Below, one piece after another: positions 1-15,300 of a stretch of DNA of 64,000 nt. Source of the stretch: Hamiltosporidium tvaerminnensis FI-OER-3-3 (lineage: Eukaryota; Fungi; Microsporidia); contig JAKIMF020000005.1 in NCBI GenBank assembly GCA_022605425.2, positions 1 through 64,000 on the forward strand, written 5' to 3'. Within the stretch, counting starts at the first letter, position 1; the number at the start of each line of letters is the position of its first letter. The notes below the pieces were generated by a model. It was not told the DNA's origin, did not search any database, and saw nothing but the letters and a program-made list of their open reading frames with translations. The position numbers were made by a program, and so were the translations under genes.

Positions 1-3000
1 TATTCTTTTGTTCAAACAAAATTCTACAAATAATTCTTAAAATAGTTTAATTTTGTTTAGTTTCGGTGTTAAACTTGTTTATGAAGTCGTACATACAATA
101 CAAAAAATATTTGAATTATTAATATTTTACCTGATATTTTAATTTTATTTTAAAAATAGGTAAATCTTAAATAAATTTGTTTATTTCAAACTAAATTAAA
201 TACTCGTTTTTTACATATGCTTAATTTATATTTTTATTTTTTCTATGTAAAGCTACGAATTAATTTTCAAACTTTTCAGAAATTCATTTGAATAAAGTAA
301 TATACTAGAATCAATGATACATTGATTTCAAAATGTATTTATAAACGAATATTATATTATAATAATTAAAAAATAAAGTATTTTTGTGAAAGTAGACGTC
401 TATTCTAATTCACTAAATAAAATTTTTAATTGGGCTTATTGATTCAAATATCATATTATCAAATTACGATTTGTATACTTAAAATTTAAAAAGAACACAA
501 TTAGACATTCAAAACTTTAATAGGTATGATTAATTTTGGATTTTTTAAGTTTTGGTATCATCTAAGTGTGACTTAAGACTATCTTATTATTGAACTTCTA
601 TTACCTAATGAACTGTAAAAGATTTAATCTAAATCAGAGCAAAATAACTGTTCCACAATACTAAAATTTATTTTTCAAAAAAATCGCAGCAAATTTATAC
701 TTTTTACACTACCTAAGCTGATTAGTATTATGACAAGAGTATAGAAGATTTTTTATGTTTAGCTCTTATGGGGTTCAAGAGCAATGTGTAAAAACTCATG
801 AGATTTTATGCAATTGGATTTAACGAAAAAATTAAAGTCGAGCACTTAATAAAATTTATAAATAATTTTACAAATAACAGACACACCTGTTTCATGAACT
901 CCGGGACCAAAAGTTACCTTCAAATACAGATTTACCCATTCGCAAATTCTCGGAGTAAATAACTATATGAAAATGAAATCCAAAGACAATTTTATTTATG
1001 TTTAAACTTATACCCAATTAAACGCCAATAACTATAGTTTAGCATTAATCATAATACTTTTTTAGTTAAACTATCGCTTTCATTTTTTTTCTATAACTAC
1101 ACAAGCAATAGTTATGATATATAAATGACTCTGGGCTTATGAAAAATTCCGGTCTTTTGAATAAATGGGTAATTTCTACGATTTATTTATTCCGCAGTGA
1201 AATTTGAATTATCTATCTTAAGATATATCAAACCTTATTGAATATATTAATGAATTAAAACTTTACCAACATGTATTATAAAGATCGATTGAATTTCTTT
1301 GGTTGAAATGGAAGACTTTTGTTTTGCTAAACAAAATATTTTTCGTGAGAATATTTCAAAAATAATTCAAGAATCAAGAGATATATTAAGGCGTTTAATC
1401 CAAGGAATTAAGAATGTTAAATTTAATAAAAGAAATCTTCGCTTTTAAAACTTATAAATATAGATTAACCAATTGCGACGGATTGAAATATTTAATTAGA
1501 TACGAACGAATAACAAAGAGAATAATTAAATAAACCAGGGTGTGTAAAGATTAATTTAGAAATTAAATTTTTTATATATGAATCCAGATATTTCAAAGAT
1601 AATATAAGCCAAATTTTAAAATATTTTATTAACTTGTCTCAAAACATAAAGATTCTTTTAATTCATCTTCATTACAAACCCAGCCAATATTTCAGCCTTT
1701 TCTGAAATCAATTCCAAGGGGTTCTAAAGAAATTTTCTTCAATTAAAATCTTCTAGCCTTTAAAATATATTCGATTTGTCTTTTTAATTTCGATTTATTG
1801 AAAATATTCGATTAAGTATTTCGATTTCATCGCTAAAAAATATTTCATAGGAATTAGATTACTTGACATACCAAACTTCCTTTTTTACATCTCAACAACG
1901 ATACATGCTTTTGGTTCTACCACCCCCAAAAATTTCCAAATTGTGTTAGGTTTTAGCCGAGATTGCAGTGTGATCTTGCTAACTGTTGATATACATTTCA
2001 AAATTTTTCAAAATTTCCAAATACTTTTCATAAAACCCTAGCTTTGATTCTAGGCCAATATAAACGGCCGTGTGTATCAAACTGCTTACTCGCCCCTAGC
2101 CATGCCTCTTTCGTCTTTTCCGAGTAAGTGGTACGAGAAATTTTGTCCAAATCAAAAAAAGAACTCTTTTGAATAAATTCAATATTATATAAAACTGCTT
2201 CAAGGTGTAATATAATCAGAGATCAAACTAAATGTTCCAATCATTTGTTACATACAACTTTAACGATGTTGTACTAGATATCTAGCAACATAACAATATA
2301 ATCTAATTATTTTATATCTTAACTACAACTACGAATAATTCGTAACAACTTCATTTTGATCGACAATTCATTAAGAAGCAGAGAATATAATAAACACCTT
2401 GCATACTCACTGATATAGCCATTAACCCGTTTTCCTCCTTTTTGTTCGTATTTCTTGAGTTACCTCTTCATTCCAATTTCTTCAATAAAAAATATTTTGA
2501 TATCAGAAATATAAGGTTATAACTTGTTAAAATATATAAAGAAGTTTAATTGTTTTGAACTCATTCTTTTTTTGCTTTAAACCCAAGGAAAAACACAAAA
2601 GATTAAAACATAATCGCAGACCATGTGAATATCTCATATTTTTGTTCTCCTGTTTCTAAAATTGAAAAACGTATCATTTAAAATTTCATTTCAGTAGATT
2701 TAGTTTTAATATATGATTATTAAAACATTTTAAAAAATTTTTATTCTAAATTTTATACATATATTTTTCCTCAATGATTTTTCTGTTAAAACGTTTTATT
2801 TTTCAATATTATATGGTTACATTATTCTAATACTTCGATTTATTTCTAATTCATCAAAAAACCAGTAGCTAAATTTATAAAAACCTTTCATGTACTTTTA
2901 CTATGCTGGAATCATAAATATTCAAATGTTTTTATTTGTAGCGTAAATAATGAATTTAAATTGTATTTTTAGTAGCGTGAGGATAGTCACAAAAAAACAT

Positions 3001-3660
3001 TCTTCTTGGCAATGAGTAGGTTAAACTGGTGTGAAGACAATATTTTGGATTTTTGGTGTGATAAAAACCACACTACGTCTACGTTTGTTACATGTGTGTT
3101 TGTATGAAGAGGAGAAGTTCATAAAATCACGAAAATTTTATATTAATATATTTTTTCTTTTTTCTTGTGCTCAATTGTAGACTGCACTTGAACTTATAGA
3201 TAATATCCATAGAAATTTAAAAATCTAGTCTTAAACACTACTTTAGAAGACTCTGCGAATTGGAAATAGAAAGATAAACCTTTCTAAAACTGAAAAGGGA
3301 TTGCGTGGGTTATTTATGTTGGTATGGCATTGCATCTTCGCAGGTTTTTTAGTGTAATTCGCCGAAATATATCTTAGCTAGCTGTTAGTTTATTCGGCAC
3401 GTGTATATTAAGTTAAAATGCTACAGGGTATGCAAAGGTACAATTCGAGTCGGGTTCTATATACAATCACACCTCCGCAACAGATATTAACAAACTCGAA
3501 GCAACTAAATTGCTTATTAAATGGGTTCTTAAGCTATTATATATGAAATGCTTTGGGATTTAGGTATTCTAAAGGTAACGATGGAGTGTTAGGTCCAGTC
3601 ACTGATGTCAAACCTAGAACTAAGCAATTTTATGAAAGAGTACAACACTTACTCCTTTAT
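1..3660 (-). pseudogene. Family Y copy A: decayed large gene of unknown function; its 3' part runs off the window start
   Basis: Colinear with ~13190-16875 (e.g. ttatgaagtcgtacata near 78, 13250 and 44243; tttcttgagttac near 2451 and 15669). Differences between copies are synonymous in minus-strand frames such as YIVMLLDI, SLGS.K.INLLR and LLRCK. Many stops and frameshifts. Confidence 0.65.
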
Positions 3661-5123
3661 TAAAAATATTGTATAGTTTTAATTCATTTAATGTGTTTTG
3701 GTTTTTGTAATTATTATATATTTTTCGTTAACGCTGATATTCAGTTACTTTAAACTTATGTAATATTATTTTTCATTTTACGGTTTATATCATTTAAATT
3801 ATTATTCTATTTATTTTCAAAATTTAAGTTATTTCACTAAAAAATATGTATTCTAATAAAGAAAGTTCTAGTCGTACTATTTATTTATCGAGCATTATTT
3901 CGCAAATAAAATAAATCCTATCGAACTACACTGTCGTTCTTAATTTGAATATCTCATAGATTCTTTTAGCTTATGGATCTAATTTTATGTCTATTAGCAT
4001 TCTATTTTTTTTATCTAATCTAACTTTTTATGTTTAAAATATATACTTTTCTTACATATTGTTTGTATTAATTTTGTTTTTATACTATTTTTCTTGATAA
4101 CCCAATTTTAAAGGCGTGTAAGATGTGATATAAATCTTTAAGCTAAATATTGCTTATGTGTTTGCTTTGATTAATTCACAATAATTTTTTTGAACTTTAA
4201 AATTTTGATTTTAAATTCTTTCATATTATGTAGAATACTATGGAGATTTGCTAAATGCATATTTTTTAGATATAATACTTTAGTAGGGTTTTTTACTCCT
4301 TATTTAATTACCTTTTCTATAATTTGTATTAAGTCATGTATATTTTTGTATTTTTATGTTTATTGTATATTAGTTTTGGAATTGTAATGTGCCTTACATA
4401 CTTAAAAAATGTACTTAATTTTATTATATATTTGTTTCTAACTATTTTCATGTGCTTTTAATTAAATTCAAATATTTTCGTTCAATCGTTCTATTGAAAT
4501 TCTAGTCCTAGTTTATCCTTTACTTGTTTTGAGTAAATTTATGTTATATAAAATTTATAAAGTCGTTACTTTAATGTAAATTGGTATATAGTTCGTTATT
4601 TATGTTTAAATAAATACTTTTGTTTATAGATGTTAAAATATAATATTTTTCTTGCATAAAAAGAGATTATATGTTAGATTACAGTTACCGATATTTCTTT
4701 CGTACATTTTTTTAGTTTATTATTCATTTTGGCTGTGTTTTCTTAATTTAAAAATTTACTTATATCAAATTTTTTTTGCTAAAACTCATTTTAGTTATAG
4801 CTGTATATACATTTTTTAGTTTTTTGGTTGTTTTTTTTTCGAAATGACTTTTTTTAATTCTGTTACATTTATTTTACTTCATTCTTTTCTTATTCATTTA
4901 CAAATTCAAGTCGTTACTTAATCAATCACTTGTTTGGGTCATGTAAAATAATTCAGGTCATTTCAATGAGTAATTTATGTTTCAAAGTAATATTTATGGC
5001 TAAATAATGTATAAAATTTCTGTTATTTATTCATTTTATATTCATTTAACTTCAAATTCATTATTTAATATCAATATGTAATATTCGTAAATATAAGTAA
5101 GTATTTTCTCTTCTGATATTATA

Positions 5124-7750
5124 TTAATATGTTAACCCTAATAAACTTATAAAATTTACCATAATTGGAAGTTTTTGTGTATAAGGTATTGGATGTTTTT
5201 TTATGGTTGTTTGGAACATTCGTACTATTAAAACCTTCACTCACTATTTAAAAACAAGGTTTTATAATCTTGGTCATAATAAGTTGTGTTCAGCCTAAAC
5301 ATGGCTGGATTAAATTTGGTTAACTCGTTTTAAAAAGCCCGCAGTATATTGTTGGAAGCATTAATCATATAAGGGATTCATACGTAACTATAGATTTTAA
5401 AATAACGTTTTACTATTTACCTTTCCTTAAATTAATCAAACAGTTATAGCGCATATTATATATGCATTGTTACAACTTCTTAAACACAATATAAACCTAA
5501 TTAAAAAAAGATATAAATGTGAAAAGTATTCAAATATCATGTATAATACTTTCGAGTAATTAATGAGAAATGTAATACTATCGCTTTCGTTGAAATATAT
5601 ATGATATTCTTTGGATTTTTAATGGCTTTGATTTACTAATATGTAATACAACTTATAGTATAATGAACTCTGATATTTGATTCATTTAAGTATATCCATA
5701 TAAATAAATATTTCATTTTAAAATATGTAGTGAGATTTCAATAACTTAAATCATTATAATTATACATATATTAATTCGATTTAAATATGTTAAGTATATT
5801 TTTGAATTATATATTATTTTACATTAAATCAGACTTTTAAATAATATATATAGTACAATAAAATGTCTGAAGTGATACAGAAAACTTTTTATCATGCTAC
5901 TTCTATATTCAAACAAATTCTAATAAATACTTTGCATCCAATTCTTGTAAAATTAAGTACTCTTAAGTTATTTGCCTAATTGAAAGACAATTGTTACAAT
6001 ACTTTTTAAAATAGTTCGTTTTATATATTCTTTTTAGTCTTTAGATTGTAACTTTTTTTATTAAGTATATATTTTAACAAAAAATAAAGCCAAAATAAAA
6101 AATGTAAATAATATTTTGATATGATTATAAGAAAGTTACACTTTAATTAGATTTAGTTCGGCTCAAACCTAATTAATATAACTAATTTTTAATATACTTT
6201 CTCGTAATTCTATATTAATCTAGAATCAAATCTTCAAAAATTAATGAGCTATCTATACTAGTCCGAAATATGCAAGGGTTATATCATTTTAATATCTAAA
6301 TATATTTATAAGTGAATATTAATTTAGAAAGATAAGTATAAATAATAGATACTGATTTGAAAGATAGGTATAAATTGTCTTATAATTAAAAGAAGCAAGT
6401 ATTTATAATACTACAAATAAAATTTCGATGAGTTTCTTTGTCGATTTATAGCTAATTATATCGAATTACGGTTTGTCTGCTTAAAATGTAAAAATAGAGA
6501 CAATTAGGTATTAAAAATCACTTAAACTATAAATGGGGCTGAGTTCTAAATGTTGTGGCATCTTTTACAAATAAATTAGTACTTTTCATTTTTAAACTTC
6601 TGATTCTTCCTTATATGAATAAAGATTAAACTAATTTAAAGGAATAGAACTTATGCCACAACCAGCTGATATATTTTTACTATAATATTTGCACCTGTAA
6701 TATATTATCTCAAACTATCCAAGCTGATTCGAATTATGGAATGGCATATCTAAGGTTATTTACACATTTTACCTTTGTTTAAAGGGTATTCTCAAAGAAC
6801 TCATCTGATCTTGTTTGAAGTCAAAATTAACTAAATAATTTAATGAATTCACTCATAATATATTGGTAGATAAATACCCAATATCATTAACTGGAATTTT
6901 CATAACGCGAAGGCAAATAACGCAATTATGAGGCGCATTTGCCTATTTCAAAAAATTCGAGGTAAAGTTGTATATTATAAAGAAAAAGATAAAATAATAT
7001 AATTTAATTTATAAGTTATAATTTTAAAAATTAATAGATTTTATTTACTTTACATCAAAAAACATTACTTTTGTATATTTGCTCGACTATTTCTTTTAAA
7101 CTTTAAGAAAATTTATTTGTTCCTCATGATATATGAGTGAATTGTTCTCTATGATTGAATTTTTTTCTTCTTGATAAAATGTGTTCTTCTTATTATAGAA
7201 ATCTTCGTAAATGGTTTGAGCTATTAACGCTTAAATAAGCCGTTTGGACTCAATACAAAGTTTGTATTATATATTATCTTCTATCATTTTTTGGTTTGTG
7301 TTAGAAGATTAAACATATTTTATATTTTCTAAAAATTTAAAGGTAATGCTGTTTTGAAGAAATATTTTTAAATGTATATTTTTTTAGTACTTTTTGCGTT
7401 AAAAAAATTCCAAACTCATAGGTCTATATGCTTCTTTTTGTTTGAATACTATTTTATTTATATTGATTTTATAGAAAACAGAGAATAAATAATGTGCCTT
7501 TTCTCATACTGACAATATTACAATAAACAATAAAAAATTAGAATTTTAGTGAATGTATATTCGCTCATCCAAAGCTTTCCTGGTTTTAGTACTTTTGATA
7601 AAAATAAAACTTTAGTTAAATGATATGCATCTTAACAAATAAATATTTTAATTTTTTTAAATTATTATTACTAATTTAGAAGATTCCATGTAGCAATTAT
7701 TTTAAATATATCTCTATACGTATTAAACAATAAATTTTTTTAGATAATAC
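5124..7750 (-). pseudogene. Family Y copy B (5'-truncated, divergent subfamily)
   Basis: Minus-strand C-terminus reads ...IPYMINASNNILRAF...LNTTYYDQD...KHPIPYTQKLPIMVNFISLLGLTY* with the stop at 5124-5126. Homology to copy C continues at least to aagaactcatctgatcttg (~6796 vs ~13960). Confidence 0.6.
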
Positions 7751-7849
7751 ATGGTTTGAAATTAATTCATTTTACAGCTATTTTTATAATTTCTTTCTTT
7801 TTTATTTAAATTTATGCAATGTAAAAATTCGGACATGAAATAGAATCTG

Positions 7850-9447
7850 AAGAAAATTATATATGTAGGGATATACTAATAAAAATATCTTAGTATGATT
7901 TAAAAGAAGCCAAGAACATTATTTAAATAAGTATTGTTATACATTAAAATAGTTTCGAAGGGTAAGTTGTAAATGATGTAATTATCAATTGTGACTTTAG
8001 ATAAATCAAATTATGATTGGATAGGAATCGTTTAGGAATGGTTTTTCCAGATGTTGAACTAATTAAATTTAAATACCTGTTTAAATGAGATTAGTTGTAG
8101 CGAAGTGTAAAAGTATAAATATACAAAGTTTTCTCATTTTGTGGCAGCTTCTAAGGCTCACCTTAAAGAATACTTTTGAAATATCGGATGCTCTATAGGA
8201 AAAGCTCTTCATCCTTTAAACTACAAGAGCTATGACTGTACTGAAGTGGAAGCCAAATATACCAAATGTCACCGTTCACAGATATCCATTCTCTGTAATA
8301 TTTGCAGCTAAATTTGCTGCATCTGTATATCCTAATTGCTGGATTATAGAAAGACTTATGCAAATTTATTTACGTAATTCTATACTTGCTTCAATATAGA
8401 TGTCCTGAACAACAATCGATTTTGTTAAAAAATCAAAGAATTCGAAATGCATGGTTTTAATCACTTTAATATGCTAAGATACACTTACGAACAACATCAA
8501 TTGTATTTAATTAACTTTAAGGCAATGAGCCAAATACTAGGACAACACTACCTATTTAGTTAGAAAAGTCGTTTGGAAATATTTACCCACTACAATGAAA
8601 TTATATCAAAATACTGTTCAAAAAAATCTTTAATCATTTTACGAACAACCGTAATTTATTGTTTACAATATCTACAATTTTGATTGTATGATTTTAAGTG
8701 CTTAATTCAATCACAATCTAAAACAATAGGTCTTTTATAATATTTTGCATATGTGTGATTCTTATATATTTACATTTCTATTTAAATAAATGTGTTCGTT
8801 TCATCTTTCTAAAGGTATTACATACTTTGTTGCTAGCTATGTTACAGAACTTATATAAAGACATTGAAAAGTTAATCGAAACGTATATTTCTTTAATGTT
8901 TTTCTAAACCAACTTTCTCAAGTATTTCACTGCTACAGATTAGGTAAATATTATTTTCTTTACTATATTTCTCAAGTATTTCGCTCACCCAGGTCAGTAG
9001 AAGCAAAAATTTTAAATTAGAATGGTATTAAGTGCTTTATGCACTTTCTAATAAATTAACTCTTAATTTTGCTTTTCTGAGCTAGCTATTGTGATTTGCA
9101 TGAAATATTTCAATTCTTTTCAAATTAAATTAAAATGGCTTTTTTTTGGCTCGAGCATAGAAAATTTTAGTTTCTCTTTTAGTAAGAATATACAATAAGT
9201 AGAAATAGAACGAATATATGCCTAAATCTCTATTGAAATCGCTTTTTTTAAAGTTTTTTATGATTTTCGTACTTTTATCCAAGTAAGTAAAATATCCAGA
9301 CATTGTTTTTACATTAAAAACCCTTATGAATAAAATAGCGACATTTCTTTTGAATATAAAAATAAAAGAGCTTCGAAATGCAAGGCTTTTAGCATTTTTT
9401 ATTAAAATAAATTTAACAATAAAGAAACAAGTATTGAGTTTATTCAT
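7850..9447 (-). pseudogene. Family X copy 1: probable secreted/type-I membrane protein, decayed
   Basis: ORF 9130..9447 has a hydrophobic N-terminus. Blocks shared with 56130-56580 read YL.R..CP.I.LIAL, LHKSF..P, AANI, a hydrophobic TM-like stretch, RAS and (in copies 2 and 3) VEDA, with synonymous substitutions in these frames. Confidence 0.5.
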
Positions 9448-9449
9448 TT

Positions 9450-11670
9450 ATAATTTAAAAAAAGTAAACTCCTAATATTAAATAATTTTTTACGTGTAAT
9501 AATTTGAATTTAGCAGAATTCTTAATTTTTTCCTGATAAAACTACTCTTGGACTTTGGCACCAATAATATTTACGTTTTAAAAAAGAATTTTCCAAATGA
9601 AAATTAAAAAAAATTAAAAAGCAGCTGAATATTAATAAAAGAAAGAATTTAATTGTAATTAGACCAAAATAGTTCCCCTAACCAAAATCTTTAAACTGTT
9701 GCTCTGCTCTACAATATTTTAGGAGCATAAGCAGAATCAAATATTTCTAAAAACCAAACACGCTTTAAAAAATAGCAAAAATTTTTTTCACTCAACTAAT
9801 TAATTTCATACACTCCAAAAAAGTTTTCCCTACCCTAATTTTTAGTCCCCCACCCCAATCCAAACATTTTTCTCCAACATTATTATTATTGCCCTACCTC
9901 GATTCTTTTTACCCTTGCGCCTGTTCTACATAACAGAATATTTTTTCCCCTAAATTTCTTTATTTTAAATATATTCTCGAAAAGCTCCATCATTTCCACG
10001 ACATAATCATTTTATCTTTAAATATATTTTTTCGTCAACTAATTTATTTCCGCCCTAATTTACTTTTTGCCATAAACTTGCTCTTCCTCTCAGACAATTA
10101 TTTTTTTCTCAAGTTTTTTTAATTATTCTGTTCAAATTATTTCTTTTTTGAAATTTTGTATCTTTAAAACAAATATTCTATTAATTATCCGACTCCATTG
10201 ATTTCAACTAGATATTTTATTTCTGCCGGTTCTTTTTCTTAAAAACGGATTCTTTTCTAAAGATTTTAACTTTCCTTGGTCTTTTTTACATTTTAAAAAC
10301 CAATACTTTATTTCTTTAGCAAACCTTTTCACTTTAACTAAACACCATTCCCCAACCTGTTTTTATAACCAATTCTCCTTTCCCATACGTAATTTTCTTC
10401 CTTTATAACCCTTTTTTTCGCTATCTTAAATCTTTTTCCGAATCAGAATCTTTTCCCTAACTACTGTCTTTTTTCCCAAACTATTTTTTTTTACTTGCTG
10501 GCCCCGATCTACTCATCAAAAACAGATTTATTCTCCTGACTTAATTCCTAATCTTTTTTCGTCGAACAGATCTTTCTTCGCTAACTACAATCTTTTTTTC
10601 CTTGGCTAATTTTCTTTCCCTCTAATTTTTTTATTCTTGTTGAATAAAATTTGGGGTAAAAAAAATAGAAATTAATTGAGAAAAATAATTCTCTTATGTA
10701 AAAGTTGATTTTATTTTTTCCTACCCTATCGTAAGAAACCATGTTTGTTTTTCCTTATAAAATTGGTTTCGTCAATAATTCACGAGTAATAATGTGATTG
10801 TAATGTTTGCCACCAATCCTTTTCTACTTAAAATTTTTATAAATAAAAATTATTTTGCTTTTAAATTTATTTTGCTTGAAAATTTACTTTTTCTTAGATT
10901 CTATAACTATGAAAAGACACAAATTTAGATTTAAAAATGATTTGTGGAATACTATTATTTATCTAATAATATATTCAGATTTCTTTTTGTAATAATATAA
11001 CTCTGGTGAAGTTAGATAATTCTAAACTCCAAAAATTTGAAAAATTAAGGTAAATTCAATTATAGTAGATATAATAATCAAAAACAGTTTCGTAAGAATT
11101 TCTTCTAAAGTTGTTCAGCAAATAAATTTGTATAAAAATAAGAATAAAATAAAAAAAAATGTTTTACTAAAAAAAATTTAATGTGTAAATTCGAATCGGT
11201 TGTCACGGAGAAAATAAAACTTGCCTTTCCATGTAATCCTAAAACCTAAAACGAAAAAATTAATGAAAACTCTAACTTATATAGTTATGTAGATGTTTTT
11301 AGTATGTTTCGTAATCTTTCTTTTAATGTAAATTATGTATTCAAATTCTGTATTTAAGAGTAATGTTTATAAAACACTTGGTCTGAAATAATTTATTTGC
11401 GTTGAATGGGACAGATTGCAGTAGTGGTATGGTATATAGAGATACATTTTTAAGGTTAAAGTGGAAGAAAGGAACCTAGGGGGAAGTAAAATGTAGATTA
11501 GGGTAAAAAACGTGTAGCAAAAAGGTTGATCGGAGAATAAATCTGAATCAAAACAGCTATTAATTTTGTTTCGCTTTCAGTTTTCAGTTTTTTTTTAATT
11601 TGATTTCATTCGTATTATCTCTTAGAGTGATCACCCCAACCCTGAAGGGTTTTGGGTGAATTACACATTT
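9450..11670. repeat. R element copy 1: ~2.2-kb non-coding, strand-asymmetric repeat
   Basis: Close to 40480-42670 and more distantly related to 44749-46800. The left part is C/T-rich and the right part G-rich, with a hairpin at ~11630-11660. Confidence 0.7.
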
Positions 11671-12330
11671 GAGTTTAAAAATATCTCTATTCTATCTGTG
11701 GATGTTTAAATATTTAAATCAAAGTTACTTAGAAATTGTCTTTTTTTGAAAATTTGATCCTATAAAAGTTCCGAATGTTTACATTTTTTTATTTTGTGTA
11801 TATTTTACATTTTAAAGAAATGTTTTTTCTTTGTTATACATTCAAAAAAAAACGTTTTTAAAAACATTATATGGTTTTTTCGAATCTCTGAAATTTTTTA
11901 TGCTTTAGTATTTTACAACTTTTATTATTAGTTACTATTTTTTCAAGCCAGTTCTATTTTTTTCTGTATGTTTTGTATAGATTTAAGCGTATTATTTATA
12001 TTTTCAAACCTATGTATAAATTATTATGTTTTCTACATTTTTTCATTTAATTTTGGAATTGTGTACTATTTTTATGGATTCATTTTATATTTATTTAGGT
12101 ATCAAGTTTTTTAAAAATCTATAATTTAGCAATTTTTTCACATCCCATATAATTTTTAAAAAGTTTAGCTTTTTTTTCTTCAAAAAATAATTTTTTTTTA
12201 AAATTTTACAACTTTTTTGAATAATTATGAAATGCTATTTATTTTTAGTAATTTTTCAAAAAATTCTTTATTTATTTTTAAATCGTTAAAAATACGCATA
12301 TGCTTTAATGGTATTTCTTCTTATAGCATT

Positions 12331-15300
12331 TTAAATGACCAACCTTAATAAACTTATAAAATTTACCATAATTGGAAGTTTTTGCTGGTAAGGTATTAGG
12401 TCTTTTTTTTGTTTATTTATTACATTGGAACTATTAAAAACTATAATCACCATCCTATAAATATAATTTCTTATCTTGGTCATAATACGTCGTATTCGAT
12501 CTAAATATAGCCTTATTAAAATTTCCGAAATTGTTATTAAAAGCCTTCAATATATTGATTGAGACATTTATCATATAGGGTATTCAGAAGTAACTTTTGA
12601 TTTCTCAATAACCTCATATTAGTACTTTCCGAAAATTGAGCAAAATGCCACCTATTATATATGGATTGCTTCTTTGGCTTTAAAAGAATATAAAGCTAAG
12701 GAAGAGAAAGTACTTGATCTGAAAAAGTATTTAAAATATCTTGTATGCTATTTTGAAGCGAAAAGAAGAGAAATGTAAAAATATTGCTTTTAATCTAATA
12801 TATTAAATATTGCCTATATTTATATAGACATGCATTTATTATTCATATACATATATCTATATTAGCTGTGTTAATATTTAAATCACCTTAATATATCCAT
12901 ATAAAAAAATGGTTTTTATTTTAATATTTGCCCTATTTGACTGACTTAAATTGTTTTTATTATAAGTATATTGATTCTTTTAGATAATGCTAAGTTTTTT
13001 TAAAAAAATTATATATTATATGGTAGAGATTTACGGAATTGAAGTTTAATAAAATTGATACTAAATAAAATATCTTGAGTCATAAATGTGTTTATATACT
13101 AATAGAATAATAAAACCAAATTTAAATAGATGTTTTTACGCTAAGTATATCAATTTTAATTTTCTTAACCCATTTCTGTTTTTTAAAAAAAATTATACAA
13201 CTTATTCTTAAAATAGTTTAATTTTGTATGCTTTTAAATGTTACAATGGTTATGAAGTCGTACATAAAAGATAATATTTGAATTATAGAATATTTTACGA
13301 GATACTTTATTTTATTTTATTTTAGCGATAGGTAAACCTTAAATAAATTTGGTTTATTTTAAACTAAATAAAATACTCGTTTTTTACATATGACTAATAT
13401 ATATTTCTCTTAGTTGTATGTAAAGCTAGAAATTAATTTCAAACTTTTCAGAAATTCATTTAAATGAATGAAATAATAAAATCAAGGATACATTGATAAC
13501 AAAATGTATTTATAGATGAGTCTTATATTATAATTAATTAAGTTTGTTTGTGAAAATAGGCGTCTATTCTATTTCACTAAATAAAATTTCTATTTATTAA
13601 GTTCGTGGATTTATATTATACCATTAGTTATGGGTTATATACTTTAAATATAAAAAAAAGAAGATGGTTTAAAATGTAAAAAAATAATATGATTATGCTT
13701 GGATTTTTTATATTCGGTATTCTCTACACGTAACTTAGCACTATCTTGTTCTTAAACCTCTATTAGCCGATCCACTCTATAAAGATTTAACTTAATGTAG
13801 AACGAAAGACACTAGTTCCACAATCAACTACTGTATATTTTCCGAAAAATTCGCAGCAAATTAATACATTTTAAACTACCCAGGCTTGTTTTTATCATGG
13901 AAATAGTATGTAAGGCTATTTGCCTGTGTAAATTATTTAGGATTCAAATGGGGTGTCTAAGAACTCATTCGATCTTGTTCAAAATCGGATTTACGAACAA
14001 AGTAAATTCGTTTACTTAAAATTTATTTAAAAATAACTCTACCAATATCAGAAACGCCTTTTATATACTAAATGGTTAAGAATTACATTCATAGACGGAT
14101 TTGCATATTCGCAAAGTTTCAGAGTGGATAACTATACCATAAACAATCTATAAAATATTATTTTGTGTTTAAATTAAAACCTTTTAAAAAACCAACAACC
14201 ACACTTAAGCTGTATCATAATACTTGTTTCATTTAAATCATCTATTCGTCTTTTTATCTACAACTACAATCGTGATCTTTATGATATATAATGTGATTTA
14301 GGCTCTTTAAAGTGTTGTATTCTTGTTGGAAGATGTTTATGCTTAAGCTATATATATTCTAATATGAATATGTATTATCTATCTTTAGATATACCTTAGC
14401 GGAAAGTCATTAAATATATTAATGAATTACTTTGTCCCCACTTGTTTTATAAGGATCGATTTTATTCTTTGCATAATAAAAGACTATTGTTGTAAATAAA
14501 TAAAATATCTCAAATGTAATTTAAGACACCATGAGATATAGTAACTCTCTTAAATTGTATTATATTTAGAAAGTAAATTTTATAAAATAAAACCGGATTA
14601 TTAAACTAAGAAATATAGATTAACTAATTGCAAAAGATTTAAATGTTTATAATTTGATTTGAAGGAATAACAAAGAAATGTATTTAATAAACCAGGAGGT
14701 ATAGAAATTGATTTAAATAAATTATAATGTTTTTTTTACATAAATATAGACATTTAATAGATAATATAAACCAATTTTACAACATTTTATTTTTTTATAC
14801 CTTAAAATCATTAAATTCCTACAAATTCGTATTTCTTAGAAAACAAACGAACATTTCTATCTGTTCTCAAGTTATTACAAGGAATTCATCCAAAGTAATT
14901 TTATAGATATAAACAATTCTGATATTCAAAATATATCAAATAGCTATTTTTAATTTCACTTTAAGATAAATATTTGAATTTAATATTTAGATTTCATCAC
15001 TTAAAATACATATCTGATTCAATCAAAACCACTTAGGTTTTTTTCCTCCTCATAGGCCAATAAAAAAATATTTTTTCGGAATTAGATTAGGTAACACATA
15101 AAATTACCAGAATTTGCATCTTAACAACGTTCCATGCTTTCTAGTTCTACAAGGAAAAGAATTTCTAAATTGTGCTCAGTTGTAACTAAGATTGCAAATG
15201 TAGAAGTCTACTGTTAGATACAATCCAAAATGGCTCAATGTCTTCCAAAAACTCTCCATAAAACCTCAGCATCGAATATAACCTACTTAACAATGCTTTA

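Larger units (their letters stand above)
4700..13750 (+). repeat. Segmental duplication copy 1 (~9 kb: Y 3' part, X gene, R element, second Y 3' part)
   Basis: Colinear and same orientation as 35700-44748; e.g. 6721-6900 vs 37730-37910, and 8281-8400 vs 39300-39400, are near-identical. Confidence 0.9.

Noticed and set aside
2050-2085. FDTHGRLY, resembling the T7-like RNA polymerase DxRGRxY motif
   Set aside because: Not conserved in copy C, and the adjacent conserved block is in another frame.
12470-12605. KLLLNTLYDK plus YYDQD on the minus strand, resembling protein-primed DNA polymerase B motifs (Polinton or linear plasmid)
   Set aside because: Across four copies the synonymous frame is IPYMI, not KLLLNTLY. 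The required YG and DTD residues are absent in all copies.
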